Positions 61,533 through 64,000 of a DNA stretch of 64,000 nt are shown in pieces. The stretch spans positions 38,703 to 102,702 of the IMG/VR virus record IMGVR_UViG_2974499565_000001; one strand, 5' to 3'. The notes under the pieces were generated by a model that was not told the DNA's origin, ran no database searches, and saw only the letters and a list, made by a program, of their open reading frames with translations. The translations under genes and the position numbers were made by a program. How positions within the stretch are numbered: position 1 is the first letter of the stretch; each line of letters starts with the position of its first letter. This DNA comes from a virus. Taxonomy: Duplodnaviria; Heunggongvirae; Uroviricota; Caudoviricetes; Demerecviridae.

Positions 61533-61875
61533 AGTATATATTCTTGCTAATAGGGATCTGATGAAGATCCCTAAGAGAACAAAGATTGGTATCAGCATGA
61601 ATCCTCATGATCGGATTCGCACATTAAATCTAGACAAGATAGTATATCGTGGTTTTGAGGATCTTTATGTGTATGGGATCTATGAAACCCACAATCCTAG
61701 AGATCTAGAACATGCTGCACATATCTATTTTAAGAAATACAGATGCAATTTAAGGGGATTCGAAGGATGCACGGAGTTCTTCGATATTCACCCACAACTT
61801 GCTGAACGATTCCTTCTAAATACAGGAGCCAAGAAGATTTACGACCCTAACATCAATCTCGAAGTGGATGTATAA
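61519..61875 (+). CDS. T5orf172 (GIY-YIG-like) domain protein
   Basis: 'YKVYILANRDLMKIPKRTKIGISMNPHDRIRTL...GCTEFFDI'. Confidence 0.55.
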   Translation: MSLYKVYILANRDLMKIPKRTKIGISMNPHDRIRTLNLDKIVYRGFEDLYVYGIYETHNPRDLEHAAHIYFKKYRCNLRGFEGCTEFFDIHPQLAERFLLNTGAKKIYDPNINLEVDV

Positions 61876-61889
61876 ACGTTAACAAAATC

Positions 61890-61925
61890 TTCTTGACAGT
61901 TCATTGAGGCACATGTTATAATAAT
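61890..61925 (+). promoter_or_regulatory. Near-consensus sigma70 promoter pointing into the repeat region
   Basis: TTGACA (61893..61898), 18-bp spacer, TATAAT (61917..61922). Confidence 0.5.
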
Positions 61926-61959
61926 CTCATAGATTAAAAACAACTCTTGTTTTGAACTC

Positions 61960-62060
61960 TAGGGGCGATGATTATTACACTTAGTATTACGTCTATACGT
62001 TGCGACAGCACGAGTATGGGCTAATTACTAAGTCTTCCGTAATACTCACGCGCCCCACGG
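61960..62060. repeat. Dyad-symmetry element
   Basis: GGGGCG...CGCCCC and AGTATTACG/CGTAATACT arms. Confidence 0.4.
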
Positions 62061-62179
62061 GGAATCTCTCATGAAATGGGGGACTATTTACTTTTATATA
62101 ACTGATAAATATTTAAAGGCAATATTTGTGTTCAAGATGATACACCTGTTGCCGCTCATCTGCTAGGATGGCTCAACAC

Positions 62180-63000
62180 TTTCTTCTAGACTCCTAAGTT
62201 TCTAGGAAAACTCACGCTATACAGGGCAGTTTTCATTGTTCCTAGGAACTCTAGCAATAGGCGGTTAATATAGTAAACTGTCATTTCAGTCGCTACGCTC
62301 CTTCAATGACAGGGCGGTTATAGGGAGGGCGGTTATTTCTGGTAGACATTTTTTGAAAACACATTTCTGGATTTTACTGTCGGATCTGCACATTACATTT
62401 CTAGAAATTTATGGTCGGATTTGCACATTGATAGGAGTCTCCAAAGTTTTTAGGAACACTGAAAATAGCAGCATTATTTCGGGCCGAAGGCCCATAATTG
62501 CCTGAGTTTTTAGGGCCACAGGAATTTTCACTTGTCAAGTGATTTTGCCCCATTTAACTAATAAAATTTCACTTTATCTCGACCAATCTCAAATCTTCCC
62601 AAAACATCTCTCATTATCCCCAAAAACGCAGCAAACACGGCGTTTCACGCCACCACCGCTGCACCATCCTTCTAGTCCCCAAAATCTCATCGGTTTTGCA
62701 CTTCTCTTCAAACCCTCATCATTGCACCACCTCTCATCGAACTCACAAAAACTTCATCGGATTCGCACATATTAAACACACGTCGGATTTGCACATATTC
62801 TAGTAAATACGGCTGGATTTGTGCGCAGCACGAGTCTGCCCGAGTTTTTAGGAAAATTCATTGTCGGATTTGCACATACTTGGAATCTGTATGGTCGGAT
62901 TTGCACACTACCAAAAATTGTCGGATTCGCACATACACGCCCACGCGTAATTCATGGGGGCAAATGTCGGATTTGCACAAAAGCGCAGGGCAAATGAAAA
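62180..63000. repeat. Iteron-like repeat arrays
   Basis: ~9 copies of GTCGGATTTGCACAT (DnaA-box-like TTWTNCACA core), ~4 copies of AGTTTTTAGGAA, 3 copies of GGCGGTTA. Confidence 0.55.
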
Positions 63001-63004
63001 ATGC

Positions 63005-63180
63005 CCTGCCTGCCGAAATGCGAATGATAATGAGAATGATTCGCATTTGAGAAGTTGAATGCGAATGATAATGATTTGCGTTTGGAAAGTGGAATGAGAA
63101 TGGTTATCGTTTACAGAATTGAATGCGAATGAGTCGCATAATGAGAATGATTTGCATTTAGAAAGGGAAGTGAGAAACAC
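63005..63180. repeat. Tandem ~45-bp repeats with internal palindromes
   Basis: ~4 units each containing the inverted pair AATGCGAAT...ATTCGCATT, interspersed with GAGAATGA motifs. Confidence 0.55.
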
Positions 63181-63445
63181 TGCTATTTAAGTTACCTACA
63201 GGTTTATCAACAGCACGATTTGACTTGACAAAGTCCTAGCGATTTTGAGGCGTTTTCAACAGACTTATCCACAGGTTATTCTACTGTATAAATATACAGT
63301 ATTCCTATGTAGTGAATAACTCTAATATAGCGTTTAAACGCCCTCAAACGCATTCTAAGCGGTTTAAATTTGGGGGATGTATTTTAGTAAGGGGAAATTT
63401 GGAGAAGGGCAGAAAAGCGGGGCCGATAGTTGCGCCCCGTTATTA

Positions 63446-63640
63446 TTAGTCTGGTAGTCGATGCGTGATCTTTTCGCTTTCGCCGTAGGAGTCTACCAAA
63501 TGCTGATAGTAACCATCGTTATCATAAATCAGCTTATCATAATCCCCCCTTTCGGCTAACTGCCTGTTTTCCAGCGTATCAGGCACAAAGAAAGTATCAA
63601 CCGTGGTTGTAGTTTTGGTTATAACAATTTTATCTCTCAT
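63446..63640 (-). CDS. Hypothetical protein
   Basis: 64-aa ORF on the minus strand after the repeat region. Confidence 0.3.
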   Translation of the reverse strand: MRDKIVITKTTTTVDTFFVPDTLENRQLAERGDYDKLIYDNDGYYQHLVDSYGESEKITHRLPD

Positions 63641-64000
63641 AACGCCATCGCTCCTAGAATGAGAATGATTATTATTAACATTGCAAAGCCGTTCCCAAAT
63701 CGTAAACGCTGGGAATGTTTCCCAGCGTTATTATTAGATTTATGGGATTGCGTTTTACGCCACCAGCTATTCATTGCGCCACCTTTCGAAACGCCGTTTC
63801 AATACTATCAGCGGTTGATTGAATATATGCGCCCTTCATTATCAGGCGCTCTGTACATACTTTGCGGAAAATATCAATAAATTCATTTTCATTTTCTGCG
63901 ACTAATGGCTCTCCCATAACCTGTACATCACATGAGCCAAAAGTAAGAAACTGGAAGGCAAGCTCCCTAGCAACAACGGCATTAATGCAATATTGTGATT

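Noticed and set aside
61930-62230. 31-codon ATG ORF (MKWGTIYFYITDKYLKAIFVFKMIHLLPLIC) downstream of the 61893 promoter
   Set aside because: No RBS and low-complexity sequence. It lies in the repeat-rich regulatory region and is probably not translated.
1-64000. Checked for a prophage or mobile-element signature (integrase, att sites, transposase, toxin-antitoxin, CRISPR-Cas, restriction-modification)
   Set aside because: None seen. The only mobile elements are HNH and T5orf172 homing-endonuclease-type genes. The window looks like a virulent phage early region.

Overview
This window reads as an early-region segment of a T5-like (Tequintavirus-type) lytic siphophage, probably reverse-oriented relative to the T5 reference. 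All gene, RNA and motif calls below are hand-parsed from sequence only, with no database search; the T5 attribution itself is from memory.

Evidence for the attribution:
- About 35 near-identical sigma70-type promoters: A-tract UP element, TTGCTA/TTGCTT -35, TATAAT(A) -10, then a conserved 'CATAAATTGATGAGAGG' box containing the RBS.
- A split NAD-dependent DNA ligase carried as two genes.
- The nucleotide-metabolism set nrdD, phoH, nrdA, nrdB, frd, thyA and rnh.
- Three proteins with the T5orf172 (GIY-YIG-like) domain.
- A 218-aa GTG-initiated holin followed by a 137-aa M15 L-Ala-D-Glu endolysin.
- At least 10 HNH homing-endonuclease genes.
- A dense tRNA cluster of roughly 28 cloverleaf genes plus several degenerate tRNA-like elements.

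Layout:
- 1..16.4 kb, mostly minus strand: a partial RecA-fold helicase, ligase part B then part A, small hypotheticals, an HNH gene, a 963-aa SF2 helicase/origin-binding-like ATPase, tandem paralogs, a HAD hydrolase, a SIR2-family protein, nrdD, and a zinc-ribbon/T5orf172 protein.
- 16.6..61.9 kb, plus strand: phoH, nrdA, nrdB, frd, thyA, an HslV-like Ntn hydrolase, rnhA, a DEDDh exonuclease, a REC-like protein, a secreted SleB-like hydrolase, and the tRNA cluster interleaved with HNH and T5orf172 genes and small ORFs. Then a GrcA-like glycyl-radical spare part, a spanin-like pair, a dNMP kinase, a ClpP-like protein, holin and endolysin, a thioredoxin-like protein, two metallophosphoesterases, and many small membrane proteins.
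- 61.9..63.2 kb: a repeat-dense non-coding region with DnaA-box-like iterons and palindromic tandem repeats, resembling the T5 injection-stop/LTR-junction region.

I did not find one discrete novel defence or anti-defence operon. The best candidates for follow-up are several promoter-driven ORF-free stretches (candidate structured ncRNAs), the aberrant tRNA-like genes, the two compartmental-protease homologues (HslV-like, ClpP-like), the SIR2/HAD/paralog cluster, the REC-like protein, and the repeat arrays at the 3' end.
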